Shown here piece by piece: positions 8,729 through 17,400 of a DNA stretch of 64,000 nt (its first letter is position 1; every line of letters starts with the position of its first letter). Location: NCBI GenBank assembly GCA_013314775.1, contig JABUFB010000008.1:725036-789035 (forward strand). The letters run 5' to 3'. The DNA is from Armatimonadota bacterium. GTDB lineage: Bacteria; Armatimonadota; Zipacnadia; Zipacnadales; JABUFB01. The position numbers were made by a program, and so were the translations under genes. The notes below the pieces were generated by a model. That model made no database searches, had not been told where the DNA came from, and worked only from the letters and a program-made list of their open reading frames with translations.

Positions 8729-10285
8729 TCACGACACAGGTTCATCGGCCATCGCTGCCCGCGCCTCGTCGCGCAATTCGCGCTTGAGGATCTTCCCCGT
8801 CGCCGACTTGGGCAGTTCTGGTCGGAACTCCACGAACCTGGGCACCTTGTAATTGGCCAGGTGAGACTTGCAGTGCTCAATGATCTGAGTCGCGTCAAGC
8901 TGCGTGCCCTCTTTGAGGGACACGTAAGCTTTGACGTCCTCTCCGCGAAGTCTGTTCGGGATGCCCACCACCGCGGCCTCGGCCACGGCTTCCAGGCGGT
9001 ATAGGACATCTTCGACCTCGCGGGAATACACGTTCATGCCACCGACGATGATCATATCCTTCTTGCGATCCACGATTCGCAGGTAACCATCAGCATCCAC
9101 CGTGGCCACGTCGCCGGTGAGCAGCCATCCGTCGCGGATTGTTTCCGCAGTGCGCTCCGGGTCGCGCCAGTAGCCCTTCATCACGTTGCGCCCGCGCACG
9201 CACAGTTCGCCGGGCACCCCCACCGGGGCGATGTTGAAGTCGTCGTCCCGGATGGTGACCTCGATTTCCGGCAGTGGTGGCCCGATGGTGCCGATCCTGC
9301 GCGTCCCATCAGTGCGGTTCACGCTGACCACCGGGGAGGCTTCGGTGGGGCCGTAGCCCTCTATCATATATACTCCGAAGCGCCGCTCGAATCCCTTGAG
9401 CACCTCATCGGGCATTGCCGCGCCGCCGGAGACGCCGATGCGCAGACAGGAGAGGTCGAAGTCGCGGTCGGTCTTCATCCCCAGCATCACCGCGTACATG
9501 CTGGGAACTCCCGCGAACACGGTGCAGCGGCGGCTTTCGAGAGTCTCAAGTACTGACAGCGGCGCGAATTTCGGGATCAAGACCGTATGTGCGCCGAGGC
9601 TCAACGGCAGAACCATGCAGACTGTCGCGCCGAAGGAGTGGAACAACGGCAGGACAGTGCCGAACACATCATTCTCGTTCACATCAATGGCCACGGCGCA
9701 TGAGGCTGCGTCGAACACAAGGTTGTCGTGGGTGAGCATGGCGCCTTTGGGCTGGCCCGTGGTTCCGGATGTGTAGATGAGAACCGCCACATCATCCGGA
9801 CGCGCATCATGGACCGGCGGCGCGCTCTGGGGTGGCTTGAGAAGGCCCTCGAAGCTAACCACGTCGTCGAGCCGGCTCGGGCCGCTGATGATGAGCCGTT
9901 TGAGACAGGACACATTCGTGCGGATCGCAGCCATCACCGGCTCCAGCAGGTTCAGACCGATGAGGGTCTCCGCCTCCGCGTTCGCCACGATGTAGGCCAA
10001 CTCTTCAGGCCCCTGGAGACAGTGGAGCGGAACGACAGTCGCCCCAAGCTGCAGGGCGGCGAAGTATGAAATGATGAATTGGGGACAGTTGGGGAACAGA
10101 ATAGCAACGCGCTGATCCGGCCCGACCCCCAGCTCTGCGAGAGATGCCGCGCACGCTCCGACTGCCCGGGAGAGATCAGCATAGGTGAGTGTCTTGTCCT
10201 CGAAACTGACCGCAGGACGTTCAGGGAACCGCGCCGCAGCGGACAGGAAGGTGGCAGTCAAGCTGGCAGGTGGGCATAGGGACAT
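8729..10285 (-). CDS. AMP-dependent acyl-CoA synthetase/ligase (FadD-like)
   Basis: ATG 10285 (MSLCPPASLT...). Motifs LIYTSGTTGQPKGAML, GYGPTE, TGDVATVDADGYLRIVDRKKD and a C-terminal SATGKILKRELR. Confidence 0.85.
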   Translation of the reverse strand: MSLCPPASLTATFLSAAARFPERPAVSFEDKTLTYADLSRAVGACAASLAELGVGPDQRVAILFPNCPQFIISYFAALQLGATVVPLHCLQGPEELAYIVANAEAETLIGLNLLEPVMAAIRTNVSCLKRLIISGPSRLDDVVSFEGLLKPPQSAPPVHDARPDDVAVLIYTSGTTGQPKGAMLTHDNLVFDAASCAVAIDVNENDVFGTVLPLFHSFGATVCMVLPLSLGAHTVLIPKFAPLSVLETLESRRCTVFAGVPSMYAVMLGMKTDRDFDLSCLRIGVSGGAAMPDEVLKGFERRFGVYMIEGYGPTEASPVVSVNRTDGTRRIGTIGPPLPEIEVTIRDDDFNIAPVGVPGELCVRGRNVMKGYWRDPERTAETIRDGWLLTGDVATVDADGYLRIVDRKKDMIIVGGMNVYSREVEDVLYRLEAVAEAAVVGIPNRLRGEDVKAYVSLKEGTQLDATQIIEHCKSHLANYKVPRFVEFRPELPKSATGKILKRELRDEARAAMADEPVS

Positions 10286-10369
10286 AGCGCAACCTCGGAC
10301 GCAGGCCCCGCGGGGAAACGCGCCGGACAGCCTGCTCGGTTGGAGCACGGCGGAAGCGTGTTGGCGGAC

Positions 10370-10398
10370 AGGATACACCCTGACTCCGAGCCCGTCAA
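10370..10398 (-). promoter_or_regulatory. sigma70-like promoter for the fadD-like operon
   Basis: On the minus strand: TTGACG, 17 nt, TATCCT. This gives a leader of about 78 nt to ATG 10285. Confidence 0.45.
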
Positions 10399-10705
10399 GG
10401 AAGCGCGGCCGTTGGGCAGGACCGTCGGTTTTGCGGAATGCGTGCCGGCCTCGTACGTGGCCAGCGTTCGCTGCCTGCGGTGTTGGGGCCGTGCCGTGTG
10501 CTATCAGGCTCCGTCAGGAGCTGTCCGCCTGTAGCCCCCGTCGGAAAGGAATCCGGGGGCTTCCGCTCCCGTCTACAGGCTGCCGCCCGCGCCGCGGGCT
10601 GTGGGGCAAGGGCTCACGGCGAACGGCGCCCTGAACGGGTATCCGGCCCCAGCCGGCACACATCCAGCAGAATCGATGCTCGTGAAGCGCCTTCGGCCTG
10701 GCTCT

Positions 10706-11461
10706 TCAGCCCATGTGCGCCCCACCATTGATGTCCAAGATGTTCCCGGTCATATGGGTGCAAAGGTCAGATGCGAGATAGACGCAGGCGCGCCCGATGT
10801 CCTCCACAGTGCCCAATCCCAGCGGAATCTCCGAAGACAACTGGGCGATGCGCTTGTCCCCCACTGTCTCATGCAACAACTCCGTCTCCACGATCCCCGG
10901 CGCAACCGCGTTGACGATAATCCCGTACTTTGCCACGTCCCGGGCCAGGGTCATGGTGAAAGCATTGATCCCTCCCTTGCTCGCGGCATAGTGGACGTGG
11001 CCGTATAATGCGCCTCGCCGGGACACAATGGAAGTCATGTTGATGATGCGCCCGCCGCCAAGGTCACGCATGATCGGCACCGCGGCCCGGCAGCACAGGA
11101 AAGTGGATTTCAGGTTTGTGTCGATGATGAAGTCCCAGTCTTCTTCAGTCATCTCCAGAATCGTCTTCGGCTGGGATGTACCCGCATTATTGACCAGCAC
11201 GTCGAGGGAGCCATATTCGGAGCAGACGGCGTCGAACAGACGGGACACATCATCGGCACGGGAGACGTCGGCCTGGAGGACGAGACATGACACCCCGAAC
11301 TCCCGGACCTGGCTTGCGACCGATTCTGCCTGTTCCGCCGAACTGCGGTGGCAGATGGCGATCGAAGCTCCCTCGCGGGCCATCTCCACGGCGATTCCGC
11401 GGCCAATTCCCCGTGACGCGCCGGTGATCAGCGCCACTTTGTCTTTGAGAAGCATGATCAT
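10706..11461 (-). CDS. short-chain dehydrogenase/reductase (FabG-like)
   Basis: TGASRGIGRGIA (TGxxxGxG) and YAASKGG (YxxxK). Its ATG overlaps the upstream stop (ATGA 11458-11461). Confidence 0.85.
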   Translation of the reverse strand: MIMLLKDKVALITGASRGIGRGIAVEMAREGASIAICHRSSAEQAESVASQVREFGVSCLVLQADVSRADDVSRLFDAVCSEYGSLDVLVNNAGTSQPKTILEMTEEDWDFIIDTNLKSTFLCCRAAVPIMRDLGGGRIINMTSIVSRRGALYGHVHYAASKGGINAFTMTLARDVAKYGIIVNAVAPGIVETELLHETVGDKRIAQLSSEIPLGLGTVEDIGRACVYLASDLCTHMTGNILDINGGAHMG

Positions 11462-13482
11462 CTCCTGCCCTTCCGATAGACGAGAACTGCGATAGACTGC
11501 GGGGGTAGGGAGTTGCCCGGTTCGAACCCTGAGAAAGGCGTGGCACCCTCCTCAAACACCCAGCCTTCATGGACTCTGGGCGCGAATTGTACCGGCTCCC
11601 CCGTGTCGTTCCAGCCCACGACCGCCAGGCCGTCGGTGCTCTCGAACCCCTTCACACGGAGGAGGTCGGTGCCCGGCTCGCAGCTGTCCTGGTCGGTGAA
11701 GCGCCCGTTCATGAGAAGCTCGGGCCAGCGCTCCCGCAGGGCAATAAGACGCCGCATATACTCGCCGTAGGCGGGGGCATCGCGCAGGTCTCCACGGCAG
11801 CGCCAGATCTCCACATCGAAGATCCAGCCATGGGTAAATGCCCAGTGCATCCGGCGCTCGTGATCGCGCTCGTCGCGGATCTCACGGGTGCTCAGGATGA
11901 TCTCGGGGAAGGTGTAAAGGAACAGCTCCGGCAGCGCCTGCGGCCCTGGAGACATGCCGTAAGTGCAAGTGTGAACGTAGTCCGCGTGGCGCACCAGGCA
12001 GTCGGAGACCAGTTCAGTCCCGAAGGCCAGGCCGGGCCGCGGATCGACCACCCGCCGGCGCATCTCCTTCATGTTCCGGTCCTTGCCCGGCCCTTGGGCA
12101 AATGCCGGGCCCGGATGCGGGTGGGATTTGTCGAAACACAGGTACGGGACATGTCCGCCCATCTGATCGAAGAAGATGGAATCCGCGCCCAGGTCGGCCA
12201 TGCGCAGACCGATCTCGATGAGCTTCTCGCGCCACTCATCCGTTGACTGGCACGCGGCCGCGAACGACTTGGCGCCGAAGTTCCGCAGATAGGTCCCGTC
12301 GCCCGAGAACTTGTAGTGCTCCCGGTACTCGCTTCCCTGGGAAGTCTTCAGCGAAATGCGCTGCCCCACGCTCTTGTAGAAGTCCGTGTCCACGTCGATG
12401 ATGTGTCCGTTGGCGTAGAGCAAGATCCGGCCGCCGCGTCTGCGCACCTCGGCGATGGCGTCGCGCAGGGCTTGTTCGCCCCCTAGCTCCTCGTCGGCGA
12501 GGTACTCCGGGTAACCGTTGTCATGTCCGCCCCGGAACCAGCCGAAGACCAGCAGAGCGTCGATTCCATACTTCCGCCCTGCTTCGAAGCAGTCAACGAG
12601 GTCCGCGTACCGATAGAAAATCTCGCCATACTGGTGCTTCATGATGATCCGTTGCCAGCCGTGCATGCGGTTGACCCAGTCCGGCCGGGCGGGCTGCGAC
12701 CACCAGACCTTGTCCACCCAGGAACGGTAGAAACGGGCGTCCGTGTGCCAGTCGCCGCGATGCAGGCGGACTACGGAGAGCGGAGCATCCCAGCGCCCGG
12801 ATTCGGTAAAGGGGTATCGTGCGATTCCGGCGGACATCTTGCCGGTGGGGGTGTCCAGCACCTGCAGGAGACCCGTCGTCTGGAACGACGCGTCCAGTGA
12901 GAAGATGGACATCGATGCCCGCTGACCGTAAATGCCGAACCAGGGCATGCTCATGGGCCCGCCCGGATAGAAGCCGCAGTCAAGGATGTGAACCTGATCG
13001 GGGGCCATGTATCCGGTATGCAGGGAAGCCAGGTGCGCCTTCGGGTTGGGTATCCGCCTGCCGAAACCTTCCGGGCGAATGAGAAGATCGCGGGACGGGT
13101 CATCAGACAGGCCTGTGAACAGCCCGATGAGCGGGAACCAGAACTCCTCCACCGTGATGCTGCCGGGGTTGTCCAGCGAGGCGCGGCATTCCAGGCAGTC
13201 GCCGATGATGCGGAACGTCAGCTGAACCGCGAGGGGTACGGGTGCGCCGCCCAGCGAAACGCCATCGTAGACGGCGGCGAGCATATCTTCTTGCTTCTCA
13301 ACGCGCGCGGCAAGAATCGGGTAATCTGCGGCCGCTTCGTGCCGGTTGCCCTTGCCCGCGATGATGCGGAACAGGCCGCGGTCGCCGCTAATCAGCGCCT
13401 CCTCGCCGGGGAATCCGAGTTCGAAACGGGCCCCGTCTTCGCTGACCGCGAACCGGATGTGGCTACTTTGTATCTCGAGCAT
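11458..13482 (-). CDS. large hypothetical protein, possibly a glycoside-hydrolase-like TIM-barrel protein
   Basis: ATG 13482 (MLEIQSSHIRF) behind GAGGTG. 674 aa of well-behaved composition. The central region (DALLVFGWFRGGHDNGYPEY...ILLYANGHIID) resembles GH-like TIM-barrel families. The function is a guess. Confidence 0.6.
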   Translation of the reverse strand: MLEIQSSHIRFAVSEDGARFELGFPGEEALISGDRGLFRIIAGKGNRHEAAADYPILAARVEKQEDMLAAVYDGVSLGGAPVPLAVQLTFRIIGDCLECRASLDNPGSITVEEFWFPLIGLFTGLSDDPSRDLLIRPEGFGRRIPNPKAHLASLHTGYMAPDQVHILDCGFYPGGPMSMPWFGIYGQRASMSIFSLDASFQTTGLLQVLDTPTGKMSAGIARYPFTESGRWDAPLSVVRLHRGDWHTDARFYRSWVDKVWWSQPARPDWVNRMHGWQRIIMKHQYGEIFYRYADLVDCFEAGRKYGIDALLVFGWFRGGHDNGYPEYLADEELGGEQALRDAIAEVRRRGGRILLYANGHIIDVDTDFYKSVGQRISLKTSQGSEYREHYKFSGDGTYLRNFGAKSFAAACQSTDEWREKLIEIGLRMADLGADSIFFDQMGGHVPYLCFDKSHPHPGPAFAQGPGKDRNMKEMRRRVVDPRPGLAFGTELVSDCLVRHADYVHTCTYGMSPGPQALPELFLYTFPEIILSTREIRDERDHERRMHWAFTHGWIFDVEIWRCRGDLRDAPAYGEYMRRLIALRERWPELLMNGRFTDQDSCEPGTDLLRVKGFESTDGLAVVGWNDTGEPVQFAPRVHEGWVFEEGATPFSGFEPGNSLPPQSIAVLVYRKGRR

Positions 13483-13562
13483 CGTCCAATCACCTCGCCG
13501 GGTAGGTTCGTCCCCGGGGGAAGGCAATCCTGCGCGCAAGGCGAAATGACGGATGCAAACCG

Positions 13563-14381
13563 ATGCTGCGAACCTGCGCCGCGCACCGAAAGGGGATCAG
13601 GCCCTTGTCTGACCAACCCACTCTCCGAGAGCGCATTCTGAGTGGCCCCACACTCTACGGGCCATCATTGACGTCTGCATCGCCGGCCGCCGTGGAGATA
13701 GCGGCGCTGGCGGGTTGCGATTTCGTCTGGCTTGAGGTGGAACACTCTTCGCTGGACGTCATGCAGCTGGAGCACCTGTGCCGGGCGGCCGAACTCCACG
13801 GAATCCTTTCACTGGCCCGCACGGCGGACCCCAGCCGCCCCTGGATTCTTCGCCCCCTGGAGGCAGGGGCGAAGATCGTCCTCGTGCCCCAGGTCCATAC
13901 GGTTGAGCAGGCAGCGGCGGTGGCTGAGTGGGCCAAGTTCCCACCTCTGGGCAAGCGCGGGTACAATACGGGCAGTCGCGGCCTGGGTTACGGCGCCATG
14001 GCGACCACTCCCAATGAGATCCTGGACAAGGCCAATCGTGAGACGGTGTTGCTGGTCCAGATCGAGTCCCAGGAGGCACTGGACAACGTGGAGGGCATCG
14101 CGGCGATTGAAGGAGTGGATGGGCTGTTCTACGGGCCGGGTGACATGTCGCTGGACAAGGGCATTCCCTCAGACTGGGACAATGAAGAGCTTCTCGCGGC
14201 TGGAGAACACATCATCCGGACCGCCCGAGCCAACAGGAAGATATCCTCGAGCACCTGCCCCACCATGAACATGGCTGCCCGATGGAAGCAGGCAGGCGCG
14301 AACATGCTGGTCGTAGGTGGCGAACTGGGCCTGCTGCGGAAGGCTTTCATGGATCGCGTGGCCGAAGTCCGCGCACTGTAG
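13563..14381 (+). CDS. HpcH/HpaI-family 2-keto-3-deoxy-acid aldolase
   Basis: AAVEIAALAGCDFVWLEVEHSS and VLVPQVHTVEQA are typical of the family. The start is uncertain: ATG 13563, or TTG 13605 behind GAAAGGGGA. Confidence 0.75.
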   Translation: MLRTCAAHRKGIRPLSDQPTLRERILSGPTLYGPSLTSASPAAVEIAALAGCDFVWLEVEHSSLDVMQLEHLCRAAELHGILSLARTADPSRPWILRPLEAGAKIVLVPQVHTVEQAAAVAEWAKFPPLGKRGYNTGSRGLGYGAMATTPNEILDKANRETVLLVQIESQEALDNVEGIAAIEGVDGLFYGPGDMSLDKGIPSDWDNEELLAAGEHIIRTARANRKISSSTCPTMNMAARWKQAGANMLVVGGELGLLRKAFMDRVAEVRAL

Positions 14382-14401
14382 GCTGCTCGACACGGACGAG
14401 A

Positions 14402-14432
14402 GAGCCCGCCTTCCCAGACCGAAGGCGGGCTC
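14402..14432. terminator. hairpin between convergent genes (possible bidirectional terminator)
   Basis: Perfect 12-bp stem GAGCCCGCCTTC / GAAGGCGGGCTC with a 7-nt loop, between stops 14381 (+) and 14461 (-). Confidence 0.55.
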
Positions 14433-14460
14433 CTATGTGTGTCCGATCGGGTTGAATGCG

Positions 14461-17400
14461 TCAGTCGAACAGGCTGACGATTGCGCTGACGACCCAGAAC
14501 GAGTCACGGAGGGTGCGCCAGAGGTCTCCACGTGCCGGTGCGCGCGGCGGGACATAGAAAATGTCGCCGGGCTTCACCTTGACCGGGTCCGGCACCTTCC
14601 CCTGCCGCAGTTTGGCGAGGTTGATCTCGGTGTGTTCCGTGGTCCCGTCGGGACGCTTCCGGATCATGATCACGCGCTGTTGAGCGCCCGGCGCGAGGGC
14701 AGCGCGGCTGACAATGTCCATGATGCCCCATTCCGGGTCCAGCGGATACGGCCCCGGACGCCCCACGGCGCCCAGCACGTAGATCTCGTCCATTGCCGGC
14801 ACAACCACCACATCGCCGGGCTGCAGGTCCATGGTCTGATCCAGCGCACCCTCGTCCTGCAGGAGCCTCAGGTCCCTGTAGATCGGCTCCTGATCCGGGC
14901 GGTACACGGTCACGCGGGTCAGATCGGCAGTGGCGAGGGGCTGCATGAGCGTGACCACTCGCAGCAGGTCGCGGTTGGCCTTCTCGCGGATATTCACGGC
15001 GCCATTGCGCTGCAGGGCACCGAGGACCATGATGTTATTGACATCGTCCGTCGGCACATAAACCAGATCGCCGGGCTGGAGTTCGAGGTTCTGGGTCATG
15101 TCGCCCTCTTCGACAAGGGCGCGGTAATTGCGGACGATGGCTTCCCCGTCACGATAGATGGTTACGCGGTCCAGGCCGCCTTCGGGATTGGGTGAGGCCA
15201 GAGGCAGCAAGCGTACCAGGTCGCGCTCCTTCGCTCCGTGGATGCTGATCGCGCCGGGCCTCGCCACCTCGCCCGCGAACACCACCGTTTCGGTCGCCAT
15301 GGGCACGTGTACGATATCCCCCGGCTCGAGCATCATGTTCTGCGACGTGTCGCCCTCTTCCTCGAGCCGCGTGAGGTCGCGGACGATTCTCTCGCCCTTG
15401 CGGTAGACGCTGACCCGCGACAGATCGGCGGTGGGCCGATTCGGCCCCGCGAAGGTGACCGTAGCGAACAGGTCATTGCTGCGCCCGACTTCCTGGGGCA
15501 CAACGCCGGAGCGCATGACCTGGCCGGTGATGATGATGCTCCCCGTGCCAAGCTGGGGCACGAGCACCCGGTCGCCGTCTTCGAGAAGCAGTGTCTGGCT
15601 GGTGTCGCCCTGGTCGAAGTAAGCGCGCAGGTTTCGCACGATCACCTCATCGCCCCGATGGACGGTGACATTGGTCAGATCGGCCATGGGGTCCCAGCCC
15701 GCAGCGGTCACTACCCGGGCGAGATCGCGCTGCTCTTCGGTCACCAATTCGATGGTCCCGCGACGCTGGACGGCGCCGGTGATGAGGACGCTCACGGTGT
15801 CCAGGCCCGGGACGAGAATGCGGTCGCCGGGCAGGACCTCGGCATCCACCGGCACCGGCACACCTTCCTCCACTAGACCCTTCAGGTTGTACACGAACTG
15901 CTCGTCACCCCGGAACACTGTGACTCGCTTCAGGTCCGCATTGGGCAGCGGGCCGGATGCCAGCAAGGTATCCACCAGCCTGCGGTTCTCGGGGTCGGAG
16001 ACCCGCACCTGCCCCGCTCGTTGGACCGCGCCAGTGATGAGCGCCGTCCCGCGGTCGATGGGGATGACCACGAGGTCGCCGTCTTCCAGCTGGAGGGTCT
16101 GCGAGGTGTCGCCCTCGTACAGGTACGCCTGAACGTCGCGGGTGATCTTCTCACCGCCGCGATGCACCGTCACCCGGCGCAGGTCGGCGAAAGGAGCCGG
16201 TCCGGATGCGGCGATGAGCCGGGCAAGGTCCCGGGTATCCTCGTCGCCAAGGGCAAGGACGCCGGTGCGTCCTGCGGCGCCGGCCAGGAGAATACTGTCC
16301 TCGTATGCCGGGACCTTGATGATATCGCCGTCCTCCAGCAGGAAGCTCTGGGACAGGTCGCCGGTCTCGTATAGTTTTTTCAGGTCACGCTTGATCTGCT
16401 GTTCGCCCCGGAAGATAGTGACCCTGGACAGATCGGCGTTGGGCATCGGCCCGGCGAGAGTGACCACGCGCAGGAGATCGCGCTGTTTGTCATCGAAGAG
16501 CTGGATGCTGCCGGATCGGGCGACCGCGCCCATGACAAGGACGGTATGCTCAACGCGCGGCACCACCACCACGTCGCCATCCTCAAGCTGCAGTGAGTAG
16601 GCTTCCAGCCCGGTTTCGATGAAGGCCTTGATGTCGCGCTCCGTGGTATTGCCGCCGCGATGGACCTTGACGCGGGTGAGGTCGGCGTTGGGCAGCGGCC
16701 CGGCAAGGGTAACCAGGCGGGCCAGGTCACTCCGCGGGTCATCCGCAACGGTGAGCAGCCCCGCCTGGGCCACCGCACCGGTGATCAGAATATTGCGCAG
16801 CTCGCGGGCGGGGACCGTGATGATGTCTCCGGGCTCGACATACATGGACTGGGTGCGGTCGCCGTCTTGGATCATCGCCAGCAGGTTGCGGACGATCTTG
16901 TTCTGCCCGCGGTGGACGGTAACGTGTTCGAGATCGGCCTGGGGCAGAGGTCCGGCGGCCAAGATCAGGCTCGCGAGGTCGCGGTCAAGCGTTGGCACAA
17001 GCCTCAGCACTCCGCCTCGGCTCAGCGCACCAGTGAGCATGATGCTGTCTTCGACCACGGGGACGCGGATCATGTCCCCGTCTTCCAGGGCGAGAGTGGC
17101 CTGGCGATTGCCTTCCTCGATGTACGGTTTCACATTGACCAGAATCTGTTTGCCACCACGGCTAACCATGACCCGGGTCAAGTCGGCATAGGGCAGCGGA
17201 CCAGACATGAGGATCAGGCGGCCAAGATCGCGCCAGTCATCATCCACGAGGCGCACGATCCCGCCGCGCTCTACGGCGCCTGACAGAACCACGTTCTCGT
17301 CGATCTCCGGCACAACAATGACATCCCCGTCTTCCACAGGGATGCTGTTTTCCATGCGGCCTTCGTCCACCGCGGCCTGCAGATCGCGGATGATGGTCTC

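Noticed and set aside
11516-11533. tRNA T-arm-like CCCGGTTCGAACCCTGAG
   Set aside because: It lies inside the 3' end of a well-supported CDS. The flanks cannot form acceptor or anticodon stems.
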